From Candidatus Latescibacterota bacterium (GTDB lineage Bacteria > Latescibacterota > UBA2968 > UBA8231): a stretch of DNA of 64,000 bases. Location of the stretch: positions 4,192,001 to 4,256,000 of the forward strand of contig OZ242214.1 in the NCBI GenBank assembly GCA_965206595.1, given 5' to 3'. Below are positions 1 through 9,946 of the stretch, in pieces. How positions within the stretch are numbered: the stretch's first letter is position 1; every line of letters begins with the position of its first letter. The translations under genes and the position numbers were made by a program. The notes beneath the pieces were generated by a model. It saw nothing but the letters and a program-made list of their open reading frames with translations, searched no databases and was not told the origin of the DNA.

Positions 1-1343
1 GTGACCTCGACGTCGAACCCGTACACCATGCGCGCCGTCGGCAATCCGTAGTCGAAGAGGATGCGGCGCTGGTTGGAGTTGTCCTGGACGTTGCCGTCGG
101 CTACGGCGACGTCGAGCAGCGGCGGTTGCAGCAGATCGACGTCCCGTCCCGTCATCGGCAGGGTGGGAGCGGTTGGATTGCGGCCGGTCTGCTGGTCGGA
201 CCAGACCTGGATCCTGTAGTCGTTGGAGACCACGAGGTCGAAGCGGATGTCGACGATCTCGGTGGGCCGCGGTCCGGCGTAGGAGAGGTCGTTGAAGTCG
301 TAGTTGATGACGATCCTCTCGCCGCCGTCCGCCGCGAGAGCGCCCCCTCGCGGAGAACCACCCGTGACCGCCGGCCACAGGGCCGGGTCGGTGCTGACGT
401 CCCGGGTTCTGTAGGTGGTCCGCTGCCTCGTGACCGCGTCCTCTGCGGTGATGACGATGTCGTGGGCGAACAGGGTGGCCCCGCCCTCGCCGTCCTCGGG
501 GGAATCGTCACTGAGGATCAGGGCGATCCCCGAAACCGGGGCGCCGGTCTGGGACGCCCCCAGGGTGCCGGCGAAGGGGCTGCGCTGAAAGGCCTCGGCG
601 AAGGTGCGCGTGTTGTGGGAGTTGACCATGGTGGCGCCGACCCTGACGAAGTCGCCGATCTGCGCGACGCCCCTGCCCGCCATCAGGTTCGTGGCGTTGG
701 AGGTTTCGCTGGGATCGCGGTTGGGGGTGTTTCCTATGGTCGGAAGGCTGATCCGCGAGAACAGCATCGTCGCCAGGTACTTGTCCGCGGCGAAGTCCAT
801 CTGCACGCCGTTGAACCTGGGCTTGGAAAAGGTCAGGGGAGTCAGGGTCGTGCGGATGCGGTCGCCGACGGTGATCGAGTACGAATACTGGCCCTGCGAG
901 TCGGAGTTGACGGTGATCGTGTTGAACCAGCTGTTGAAGCGGGGGTCCTTGTAGATCGAGGATCCAAACTGGACGGGCTGGTTCTGGTTCCAGTCGTAAA
1001 TCAGCCAGCCCCGGGTGAGGTAGTTGCCGTAGAGATCGTAGAAAGGCTCTCCCTCGATGAAGACGTTGACGTAGCGCTGGTAGGGATCGCGGGCGTAGTT
1101 GGTGTATTCCCATTGGCGGTAGCGGTAATCGACGAACAGCTCCTGGGGGATGAACCATTTCTTGACGGTCGGATCGAGGGCGTCGAAGAGGATCCCCGAA
1201 CCGCGCGGCTCGTAGCTGATCTCCCCTCCCCAGTTGCGCCCCAGGCGCCGGTCCCGGGTCTGGCCCTCGAGAACCTGGGCAGACAACACAGTGAACAGGA
1301 GAAGGGCGCCCAGACATCTCCAGCCCGGTATGATAGTTTGCAT
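1..1343 (-). CDS. Large exported hypothetical protein (5' part; runs off window start)
   Basis: Absent from the ORF track because there is no stop in the window. Read by hand at both ends: ATG at 1343 with GGGAGG upstream; MQTIIPGWRCLGALLLFTVLSAQVLEGQ signal peptide, then aromatic-rich ...EISYEPRGSGILFDALDPTVKKWFIPQELF...YTNYARDPYQRYVN...; the same frame reads LFDYGLPTARMVYGFDVEV at the window edge. Confidence 0.8.
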   Translation of the reverse strand, partial: MQTIIPGWRCLGALLLFTVLSAQVLEGQTRDRRLGRNWGGEISYEPRGSGILFDALDPTVKKWFIPQELFVDYRYRQWEYTNYARDPYQRYVNVFIEGEPFYDLYGNYLTRGWLIYDWNQNQPVQFGSSIYKDPRFNSWFNTITVNSDSQGQYSYSITVGDRIRTTLTPLTFSKPRFNGVQMDFAADKYLATMLFSRISLPTIGNTPNRDPSETSNATNLMAGRGVAQIGDFVRVGATMVNSHNTRTFAEAFQRSPFAGTLGASQTGAPVSGIALILSDDSPEDGEGGATLFAHDIVITAEDAVTRQRTTYRTRDVSTDPALWPAVTGGSPRGGALAADGGERIVINYDFNDLSYAGPRPTEIVDIRFDLVVSNDYRIQVWSDQQTGRNPTAPTLPMTGRDVDLLQPPLLDVAVADGNVQDNSNQRRILFDYGLPTARMVYGFDVEV

Positions 1344-1414
1344 TGATTCCCTCCCAGGTCCCGCGGGATGCGCGGGTTCAGGCGGTTTCACACCCTTCAT
1401 TTTCATTTAATAAG

Positions 1415-3583
1415 TCAGTAGGCGACTGCCACGGAGGTCACGGCTGTTTCCGCCGCGGAATCGCTGTCGAGCTCGATGCGCACCAGGTAGATCCCCGGGG
1501 CCACTTTGACTCCCGAGTCGTCCTCGCCGTCCCAGGGGACCGTGAAGCTGCCCCCCCCCTGGGGCGCGGCCAGCAGCTGCCTGACACGGCGCCCGGAAAG
1601 GTCGATCACCGCGATCGCCACCGGAGCCTCGTCGGCGAGGCGGGCGAGGTCGTACCCGATATGGGTGAGATCGTTGACGGCGTCCCCGTTGGGACTGAAC
1701 ACCGCCGGTTCTGCGGCGACGTTGATCAGCAGCTGCCCGCCGGCTCCCGTGATGGGGACATCCACTGAGAGACCTCGTTGCGTCGCCGTTCCGACGGCCA
1801 CCACGTCGTCGTCCCCGTCGCCGAATTCCCCGACGTTACCGGGAATAAGCTCCTGCCCGAGGGAACTTCCCAAGCTGGCGAAGCCGCTGAACTTGGTGCC
1901 GAAGCGCAGCACCCGGGCGCGAAAGCGGATGGTGACGCGTGAGAGGCGATCGGCGCCGAGGTCGGCTTCGGAAATCGCGGGGAAGCGCACCTGGAAGCGG
2001 TTTTCCTCCACCGCTTCGATCGCGAACGCTCCGCCGGAATCGGCCAACGGGGCAGTCGACAGGTCCGCCCCGGAAAAGTCGACCGTCTCGGTGCGGCCGT
2101 CCGGAAAGGAGACCTCGACCTGTTCGACCGCTTCGACCCGGACGGGGGTTTCGATCTCGAGCCGGTCGAAGCCGGTGTCGACACCCTCCCTGATCTCGGT
2201 CGGCATCGCCGAATAGGTGAAGGTCACCGGTTCTCCCAGCCTCGCCGAGCGCGGGTGGATTTCGGCCAGCACCTGGGAGGCCGTGGGCGGAGAAGATACC
2301 GTGAAGGCGAGGGGGCCGATCCCGGTGGCGGCATCGAGGTCGTCGCTCCAGAACTCGATGCGGAACTGCAGATAGCGCCGCGGCCCGGGCGAAACGATCC
2401 TCACTCCGACTTCAGGGTCGCCGATGTTCTCCTCGGTCACCTCATGGTCGAGGATGTAGGGTGAGCTCCAGGCGCTCCAGTTGCTCAAATCGTCGGTGAT
2501 CGACCCTTTCGCCGGCCCGAGACCGCGGTAGTCGCTCTCGTTCAGGGCGATTTCCTCCAGCTCTTCCGGGGTCAGGTTCGCGAACAGCTTTCTCGCCTCT
2601 TCAAGCGCCAGCGCATCCAGTTCCACCTCCCCGGCATCGGTGCTGGCGACGGCCCCCTCCTTCCAGGGAACGTCGACCTGCGCTCCTTCGACGATAGTCG
2701 AGCGGCTGAAGACAAGGGGAGTGTCGTCGTTGCCTGTCCGGGTGCGCACCCTCACTCCTGAAAAGCCGTCGAGCCCGGTGGTCTCCGCTACCCATCGGAT
2801 GCGCCCCCAAAGGGCGAGGTCGTCCCCGAGGTCGAAGATGTCGGAGATGAAATCCGCGGTCGGAACGAATCCGGTGCCGAAGACGCGGAATTCCGCTATC
2901 TCGAATGGCACCGGGGTGCGGGACTGCAGGCGAATGAAGCGGACGTACTGGGGGGGAATTGCGAGATCGACGATGGCGTTGTCATTCGGAGCCCACAGCG
3001 TGAAGGAGCCCCAGATCGGTTTGCCCTCGATCTGGTTGTCCTCGTCGCCATCGTTGAGAAACAGCTCGAAAGCCTTGAGGTAATCTTCGTCAAAGGGAAA
3101 ATCCGGGGCCGGAAATTCGGGGTGGGCGTTGCGCGGAAAGAACTGGATTCCGCGAACTCCGAAGCGGGCTCCCAGGTCGAAATCCATCAGCATCCCGGCG
3201 ACGACCGTTTCTCCCTTCCGGTCGAGGGCGGTGGTCCCGTTGTCGTCGAGCATCAGGGCGAGTTGCTCCTCGATTTCGGAACCGAGAACAGTGGGAGAGG
3301 TGACGCTGCCGCCGCGCTCGAGGATTCCGAGAGCAAGGTTGATCTCCTCGCTTACCCGTTGTGGAAAGATCCAGCCCTCGCGGTCCCCGGGATCGAACTC
3401 CACGACGCCGCCCGGGGTGTTTCCCCGGCCGGCGCTTTCGGCGCCGGTTTTGAAGACCGGCTCGAGACCGCCACCGCCGTCTCGCCAGGAACGCCCGTCC
3501 CCGCCTCCCATCACGATGAGGATGTCGTCGGCAAAGGCGGTGCTCGCCAGAAGCAGGATGGAAACGGCTCTCGTGAAGGACAT
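1415..3583 (-). CDS. Secreted protein with C-terminal FlgD-Ig/CHU_C-like domain (family type A)
   Basis: Signal peptide MSFTRAVSILLLASTAFA; C-terminus FSPNGDAVND...DLSGRRVR...WDGEDDSG...APGIYL...VAVAY. Confidence 0.85.
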   Translation of the reverse strand: MSFTRAVSILLLASTAFADDILIVMGGGDGRSWRDGGGGLEPVFKTGAESAGRGNTPGGVVEFDPGDREGWIFPQRVSEEINLALGILERGGSVTSPTVLGSEIEEQLALMLDDNGTTALDRKGETVVAGMLMDFDLGARFGVRGIQFFPRNAHPEFPAPDFPFDEDYLKAFELFLNDGDEDNQIEGKPIWGSFTLWAPNDNAIVDLAIPPQYVRFIRLQSRTPVPFEIAEFRVFGTGFVPTADFISDIFDLGDDLALWGRIRWVAETTGLDGFSGVRVRTRTGNDDTPLVFSRSTIVEGAQVDVPWKEGAVASTDAGEVELDALALEEARKLFANLTPEELEEIALNESDYRGLGPAKGSITDDLSNWSAWSSPYILDHEVTEENIGDPEVGVRIVSPGPRRYLQFRIEFWSDDLDAATGIGPLAFTVSSPPTASQVLAEIHPRSARLGEPVTFTYSAMPTEIREGVDTGFDRLEIETPVRVEAVEQVEVSFPDGRTETVDFSGADLSTAPLADSGGAFAIEAVEENRFQVRFPAISEADLGADRLSRVTIRFRARVLRFGTKFSGFASLGSSLGQELIPGNVGEFGDGDDDVVAVGTATQRGLSVDVPITGAGGQLLINVAAEPAVFSPNGDAVNDLTHIGYDLARLADEAPVAIAVIDLSGRRVRQLLAAPQGGGSFTVPWDGEDDSGVKVAPGIYLVRIELDSDSAAETAVTSVAVAY

Positions 3584-3601
3584 CGCGGGATTGACTCGCA
3601 A

Positions 3602-6109
3602 TCAGTAGAGGACGTGGACCAGACGCTGCGCCGTGGCATTCTCGGCATCTTCCTCGTCGGCGTCCACCTCTATCGCAGCCAGGTAGATGCCGGGAGCGAC
3701 CTTGCCGCCGCCGACACCTTCTCCGTTCCAGGAGAGGGTGTACTCGCCGCTGACCTCCGAGCGCTCCTCGACGATGCGGTGGACGAGGCGGCCCGACAGA
3801 TCGTAGAAACGCAGCGCCACCCGCTGTTTCCCTGTGAGGTTGGTGACCGAAAACCGGAAGGTCGCCTCTTCGTTCAGGCCGTCCCCGTTGGGTGTGAGCA
3901 CCGGAGAGTTCATGGCGATCTCGCTAAGGACGCGGTCGTCGCCGATGGGGCCGGTAAGGACCATCCCGGAGCCAGGAGCGACTTCGGTCGCGTCGCCGGA
4001 ATCGACGCGCTGCCAAGTGCCCGGTACGGCCGAGTTACCGACCGCGGCCTCGAGGGCGGCCCCGGGAGTGTAGAGCGTGGAGGTGAAGCGCAGCTCCAGC
4101 AGGTCGGCGGAACGGGGACGAACCGGATCGGCAAGGCGCACCCGGAGCGAATCCGGGGAGCTCGGGACGACCTGCAACTCGTCGTCGGCCAGGGGTTCGA
4201 CAACGTTCCATTCACTTTCCTGTCCGACGCGGAGCCGGGCGAACTTCAGCGCCATGCTTGGAGGAGCCACCAGGAGAATTTCGTCGAACGCCTCTTCCTG
4301 TCCCTCTATCCTGACGAACACCGAAAGGTCCTGCTCGACTCCGACCTCGTCGACCGTGGTCGGAGCCAGCTCCCCCAGCAGACGGGTTGCCAGCGGGGGC
4401 ACGAAATTCAGGCGGATCGCTTCCAGCGCGGCGGCGGTATTCGGATCGGTCGACAGCAGACGCATCCGCATCATCAGCGAGCTGCGCGGGCTGGGGGAGG
4501 TGATGCGCTCCCCCGACTCGACGTAGGGACGGCTCCAGCCGCTCCAGTCCGCGCCGGGAACGAAGATTTTCACCGAGTCGCCCTTGCTGAAGAAACCGAG
4601 GGCACGATACGCCTCCTCGGTGACCTCGACCCCGGATTTGTTGTAGTAGAGGTATTTCTCCGCGAGGCGGTTGCCGGTCCGCGTCTGGATCTCCACCCGG
4701 GTGCCGGGAGGGGTGACGGCATCCCACTCGATCGACACGAGGTTCTTGGGGTCACCTAGGTTGATCGGGTCCGCGGTGACCAGCTCGACCTCAGGCTGGT
4801 AGCCCTCGCCGTACAGCTGAAGCTCGCGGGGCACGTAGTACTGACCGTTGCCTGGGGACCAGTAGAGAATCTGGACGTAGCGGGCGATGACCGGGGGAAA
4901 GGTGGCGATTTCGTAGGCGTCGGTGAAACGCCCTTCCGGTTTTCCCGTCTCGTTGGTCTGCGTCGTCCACGCCAGACTGCCGTCCGGGGCGAGGCTTCCG
5001 TCGGAAGTCTGCACCAGGAAGTTCCCGAAGGGCGCCTGACTGTCCTGGTAGTACGCCTGGAAAGTATCGACCCAGTAGCCGGCGTTGAGGTCGAAGAAGA
5101 GGGGCCTGCGGACTCCCGAGGGGCCTGCGTTGATGTTCTTCAGGCTCTCGAATTCCCCGTCGATAAGTCCGAAGATCGATTCCCCGAGGAAGTCCAGGGC
5201 GATGCCTGCTCGGTCCTTGATACCCAAGGCGAGGTTCTGACCGGTGCTGACGACCTCGAGCTCGGCCAGGCGCGGCCGCTCGCGCCGGAAGTGGCGCACC
5301 GAGCCGCGGTGCTCGGGAGTGATCGTCTCGTAGGTGGCCTGGCTTATGCGAACCTCTCCGTCCGGCAGCGTCTTGTAGTAGTCGACCGTCCCGCGGTCGT
5401 CGGAGGAGAGCTCGGTGTACTCCTCTTCGGAGACGCGGGCGCCCCGGGCGCCGTCGGTTGCGGTGACGACCACCTGGACGATGCGCACCATTTCCCCATC
5501 GTAGTCGGGATCGTTGTTGGGCCGGGCCGGGCGCAACGGGATATCGAAGAGACGTTGTTCCTTGTGGTCTCGCTGGGTGCGGTATTGCTGCTTGAAATCC
5601 AGCACCCCCTTGACTCTCTCATCTCCGTCGGAGGTCAGCACGACGAACTGGAGAAAGGGATCTCCACCCCCAGGGGGGACGAACTTCAGCACGATCCGCC
5701 TTGCGGACACAAGCCGTCCGAGGTCGACCTGAAACCACCACTCGCCGAGCGAGCTTCCGCTCTCCGGTTCCCAGTACGTGGTTTCGTCATCGTCGAACAG
5801 GTTTGCGACAGCGGCGGCGTTGGTGCCGGCTTCGAGGGCATCGGCGATGGTCACGTCGGCGGGGGCTTTGTCACCGGGAGGGTTGCGCCTGAGATGGTCG
5901 GCAATATCGCTGGTGGCATCCGAGTTCTTCGGCACGAAGTGCGGGGAAACCACTCCCCCCTCGATTTCCACCGTGCCGTGGGGAAACTGCCACTGCTCCC
6001 AGTGCGACTGGCGGTCGACGACGAGCTGATCCCCGCGCACGGAGGCGGTCTGCCCCCATGCCCCTTCAACGCCGAGAAGGGCGATTGCAGCGATGGCGAG
6101 TTGTTTCAT
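3602..6109 (-). CDS. Secreted protein with discoidin/F5-8-like region and C-terminal FlgD-Ig/CHU_C-like domain (family type B)
   Basis: Signal peptide MKQLAIAAIALLGVEGAWG; NLFDDDETTYW...WWFQVDLGR (F5/8-like); C-terminus LTPNGDGLNE...YDLSGRLV...WNG...APGIYL...VHVLY. Confidence 0.85.
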   Translation of the reverse strand: MKQLAIAAIALLGVEGAWGQTASVRGDQLVVDRQSHWEQWQFPHGTVEIEGGVVSPHFVPKNSDATSDIADHLRRNPPGDKAPADVTIADALEAGTNAAAVANLFDDDETTYWEPESGSSLGEWWFQVDLGRLVSARRIVLKFVPPGGGDPFLQFVVLTSDGDERVKGVLDFKQQYRTQRDHKEQRLFDIPLRPARPNNDPDYDGEMVRIVQVVVTATDGARGARVSEEEYTELSSDDRGTVDYYKTLPDGEVRISQATYETITPEHRGSVRHFRRERPRLAELEVVSTGQNLALGIKDRAGIALDFLGESIFGLIDGEFESLKNINAGPSGVRRPLFFDLNAGYWVDTFQAYYQDSQAPFGNFLVQTSDGSLAPDGSLAWTTQTNETGKPEGRFTDAYEIATFPPVIARYVQILYWSPGNGQYYVPRELQLYGEGYQPEVELVTADPINLGDPKNLVSIEWDAVTPPGTRVEIQTRTGNRLAEKYLYYNKSGVEVTEEAYRALGFFSKGDSVKIFVPGADWSGWSRPYVESGERITSPSPRSSLMMRMRLLSTDPNTAAALEAIRLNFVPPLATRLLGELAPTTVDEVGVEQDLSVFVRIEGQEEAFDEILLVAPPSMALKFARLRVGQESEWNVVEPLADDELQVVPSSPDSLRVRLADPVRPRSADLLELRFTSTLYTPGAALEAAVGNSAVPGTWQRVDSGDATEVAPGSGMVLTGPIGDDRVLSEIAMNSPVLTPNGDGLNEEATFRFSVTNLTGKQRVALRFYDLSGRLVHRIVEERSEVSGEYTLSWNGEGVGGGKVAPGIYLAAIEVDADEEDAENATAQRLVHVLY

Positions 6110-6275
6110 GAATCGCGGTATTCCGGAATGGTAAGCGTAAAACAATCTGGCAGCACGCACGTCCATTTCGCCTAAATTCTAATTTCATTTCCAGGTTGCA
6201 GCAAACCAGCAGCATCGCCCCGGCCGTCCTGCGAGCGGGAGTCCGCCGGCGGTGCCAAATCCGGGAAACAGGGGC

Positions 6276-8243
6276 ATGCACCAAAGCCAGAAAGAACTGC
6301 ATCAGTGTGTCGCGGCTGGAGCTTTTCTCCGGCTCCCCGGCATTCTCACCGCCGTCATATTGCCGCTACAACTCATAGCCGCGCAGCCCGTTCAAGTCGC
6401 CGATCCGCAGGAGATCCTCGATCCGCCCTGGCTCGGCGAGCGTCGCGAGGCCCAGCTGGAAAGCGCCGGGGAAATCGGTGTTTTCCACGACTTCCGGTTG
6501 AGCGACCGCGCCGAGGAAAGCGGCATCGCCTTCGAAAACCGCATAGTCGATGACGCCGGGCGCAACTGGAAGCCCAACCACTACGACCACGGCAACGGCA
6601 TGGCCATCGCCGACGTCGACGGCGATGGCCGCCTCGACATCTACTTCGTCACCCAGGTGGGGTCCAACGAGCTGTACCGCAACCTCGGCGGGGCGCGTTT
6701 CGCCGCGTTGCAGGCCAGTCCCGACCTCGCGCTTGCCGACCGCATCGGGGTGGCCCCCTCGTTTGCCGACACAGACAACGACGGCGACCCCGATCTCTTC
6801 GTAACCAGCGTGCGCGGAGGCAACGCCCTGCTGGCCAACGACGGGCAGGGACTGTTTCGCGACATCTCGAACGGCTCCGGCCTCGACTACGCGGGTCATT
6901 CCTCCGCAACGGTCTTCTTCGACTACAATCGCGACGGCATGCTCGACGCCTTTGTCACCAACGTCGGCAAATACACCCGCGGCAGCGACTCGGCGCCGGT
7001 GATCGGGTTCGCGCGCGGCGGCGGCGACGGGGAATTCGAATACTTCCTCGGATACGCCGACGCCTTCGAGGGTCACCTCAAACCGTTGCGCACCGAGAAA
7101 AGCCTGCTCTACCAGAACGAGAGGGAGAACCGCTTCGCCAACGTCACAGCGCGGACGGGGCTTCTCGACGGAAGCTGGTCCGGGGCGGCCACCCCGATCG
7201 ATGCCAATGAAGATGGCTGGCTCGACCTGTATGTGCTCAACATGCAGGGGCACGACGAGTACTACGAGAACGACAGCGGCGAGCGTTTCACCCGGAAAAG
7301 CCGGGAGCGGTTTCCCAGGACGCCCTGGGGCTCCATGGGGGTGAAGCTCTTCGACGCTGACCAGGACGGAAACCTCGATCTTTACCTCACCGACATGCAC
7401 TCCGACATGAGCGAGGATATCGGCGTCGAGCGCGAGAAACTGAAGGCCGACATGAAATGGACGGAAGGCGTCCTGCGCAGCGGCGGCATGAGCATTTTCG
7501 GCAACGCCTTCTTCCGCAACAAGGGGGGAGGGGAATTCGTGGAGATCTCCGACGAAAACGGCACCGAAAACTACTGGCCCTGGGGCCTGAGCGCCGGCGA
7601 TCTCAACGCCGACGGGTACGAGGATCTGTTCATCACCTCGAGCATGAACTACGGCTTCCGCTACGGAGTCAACTCCCTGTTGCTCAACGACCGCGGCTCG
7701 CGTTTCCACGACAGCGAGTTCATCCTCGGAGCGGAGCCGCGGCGCGGGGGACGCACCGCCAAACCCTGGTTCGAGCTCCAGTGCTCGCGGGCGGACTCCT
7801 CCCACAACCTGTGCGAAGGCCGCCAGGGCCCGCACGTCTTCTGGGGCGCCCTGGGCTCGCGCACTTCGGCGATCTTCGACCTCGACGACGACGGGGATCT
7901 CGACATCGTCACCGGAGAATTCAACGACGGGCCGATGGTGCTGCTGAGCAACCTGAGTGAGAAACGGGAGAATCTGCGCTTCCTGAAAGTCGCCCTGAGC
8001 GGCTCCCAAACCAACCGGGACGGACTCGGCTCCCGCGTGCGCCTTCACGCCGCCGGCCGGATGCTCACCAACATGTACGACGGTCAGTCGGGATACCTCT
8101 CGCAGAGCTCCTACCCGCTCTATTTCGGGCTCGGGGACGCCGCCGAGGTCGACAGCGTCGAGGTGGACTGGCTTTCCGGACAGCGCCAGGTCGTCGGCGG
8201 TCCAATCGCGGCCAACCAGCTGATCCGGATCGTCGAGCCTTGA
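6276..8243 (+). CDS. CRTAC1-family protein (FG-GAP repeats plus ASPIC/UnbV domain)
   Basis: Repeated DxDxDGxxD(L/I)Y/FV motifs; C-terminal NRDGLGSRV...GYLSQSSYPLYFGLG...VEVDWLSG; start uncertain (6252 or 6276). Confidence 0.88.
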   Translation: MHQSQKELHQCVAAGAFLRLPGILTAVILPLQLIAAQPVQVADPQEILDPPWLGERREAQLESAGEIGVFHDFRLSDRAEESGIAFENRIVDDAGRNWKPNHYDHGNGMAIADVDGDGRLDIYFVTQVGSNELYRNLGGARFAALQASPDLALADRIGVAPSFADTDNDGDPDLFVTSVRGGNALLANDGQGLFRDISNGSGLDYAGHSSATVFFDYNRDGMLDAFVTNVGKYTRGSDSAPVIGFARGGGDGEFEYFLGYADAFEGHLKPLRTEKSLLYQNERENRFANVTARTGLLDGSWSGAATPIDANEDGWLDLYVLNMQGHDEYYENDSGERFTRKSRERFPRTPWGSMGVKLFDADQDGNLDLYLTDMHSDMSEDIGVEREKLKADMKWTEGVLRSGGMSIFGNAFFRNKGGGEFVEISDENGTENYWPWGLSAGDLNADGYEDLFITSSMNYGFRYGVNSLLLNDRGSRFHDSEFILGAEPRRGGRTAKPWFELQCSRADSSHNLCEGRQGPHVFWGALGSRTSAIFDLDDDGDLDIVTGEFNDGPMVLLSNLSEKRENLRFLKVALSGSQTNRDGLGSRVRLHAAGRMLTNMYDGQSGYLSQSSYPLYFGLGDAAEVDSVEVDWLSGQRQVVGGPIAANQLIRIVEP

Positions 8244-8255
8244 GCCCCGCGGGGG

Positions 8256-9946
8256 TCAGCGGAGGCGGTCCCGCCTGACTTCGATCAGGCGGTTCACCTC
8301 GGGGTCCTGCACAACCTGCACCTCGCCGTCGGGCCAGCGGATTTCCAGTCCCTCGACGGCCCTCTCGAATCCCAGGCCGAAGTGCAGCCTCGTGTCGTCC
8401 TGCGAGAGATAGCCGGTGCCTGCCCGCACCTCGCGGATCTGCGAGACCCCGCCGGCGATCACCTCGACGCGGGCGCCGACAGCCTGGGTGTTGCGCCCTC
8501 TCTGGACGAGCTTGACCATGAGCCAGTTGCCGCGGTTTCCGCCGTCATTTCGGAGCAAGGTCGGCCGCGAATCCTGGTTAACGACGAGAATGTCGAGGTC
8601 ACCGTCGTCGTCGAAGTCGGCAAAGGCGGAGCTCCTGCTGGAAGCGGCGATGGCGAATCCGCTCCCCGAGCTCCCCGATATATCCATGAAGACGCCGTCC
8701 TCGTTCTCGAACAGCTGATTGCCCTGGGCGTAGCTCGAACCCACCCCGTGGCCGTCGACGGCAGGGTATACGTGGCCGTTGGCGACGAGCAGGTCTTCGT
8801 CCCCGTCGTTGTCGGCGTCGAAGAAGCCGGTGCCCCATCCGAGCTCGGTGAAGCTGGCGGCCCCCAGCCCCGCCGCGGAGCTGGCGTCGAGGAAAATTGC
8901 GTTTCCCATGTTCCGGTACAGGGTGTTGTAGTCGTTGGCGAAGTTGGTCACGAAGAGGTCGAAGTCGCCGTCGCGGTCGTAGTCCCCTACGGCGATCCCC
9001 ATGCTGGCCTGCTCCAGACCATTTTCGCTCAGCGCCGCACCGCTGAGCTGCGCCATCTCCTCGAACCGGCCGCGGTGGTTGCGGTAGAGCAGGTTCGGGG
9101 TCGAATCGTTGGCGACGTAGAGATCCGGGTCCCCGTCGTTGTCGAAATCCCCGGCGACGGCACCGAGGCCGTAGTAGCGGCTGCCGGCCAACCCGAATTC
9201 ATCGTTGGCAACCGAAAAGGACCAGGACCCTGCCGGACCGTTGTTGCGGTAGATGAGATCGCCTGCCCCGGCCAGCCCGGTCGGCCCGCAGAAGACGTCG
9301 AGACCCCTCCAGCGGCACAGATTCGGGTCCGGGGGCCGGTACCCCGGGTCGAAGTCGATGTAGTTGCTGAGGTAGAAGTCGAGATCCCCGTCGCCGTCGA
9401 AATCGGCGAACGCCGCGGCCGACCCCCAACCGGGGTGGGCGACTCCCGCCTGGGAGGCGACGTCGGCGAAGACCCCTTCGCTGTTCCGGTACAGGGCGTT
9501 GGGGCCGTAGTTCGCCAGGAAGAGATCGACCCAGCCGTCGGCGTTGTAGTCCGCCGCGGTGCACCCCATGCCCCAGCCGGGGTGATCGACTCCCGCGGCC
9601 GCTCCGACATCGGTGAAGCGCCAGCCACCGTCGTTGCGGAACAGGGTGGCACGCGGTTCATCCCCTTTTTCGAAGCCGCCGAGCCGGGAACCGTTGACGA
9701 TGTAGATGTCGACGTCGCCGTCGTTGTCGTAGTCGAACACCGCGGTGCCGCCCGTGGTGCTTTCGACTATGTACTCCTTGGCCGGAGTTCCTGAAACGGT
9801 GAGAAGGTCGACTCCGCTGGCCGCGGCGACGTCGACGAACGCCGGTCTCTGTCTGGCCTGGGGATGCGGGCTGGCATCCGCGCCAGGGTAGAGGCGGCAA
9901 TCAACGCCGAAAGGGCGCCAGCAACCTGCAACCCGCGCACACTCAC
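8256..9946 (-). CDS. CRTAC1-family protein (FG-GAP plus ASPIC/UnbV); signal peptide separated by a 1-nt frameshift near 9883
   Basis: DYDNDGDVD-type repeats; GTGYLSQDDTRLHFGLG...IRWPDG. The reading frame extends upstream of 9740 as FVDVAAASGVD..KEYIVESTTGG. A signal-like MSVRGLQVAGALSALIAASTL starts at GTG 9946 (GTGA overlap with the TPR gene stop) in an adjacent frame. Confidence 0.8.

Noticed and set aside
1415-1800. Flagellar hook-capping gene flgD
   Set aside because: Only the Ig-like tail is similar; no flagellar genes nearby
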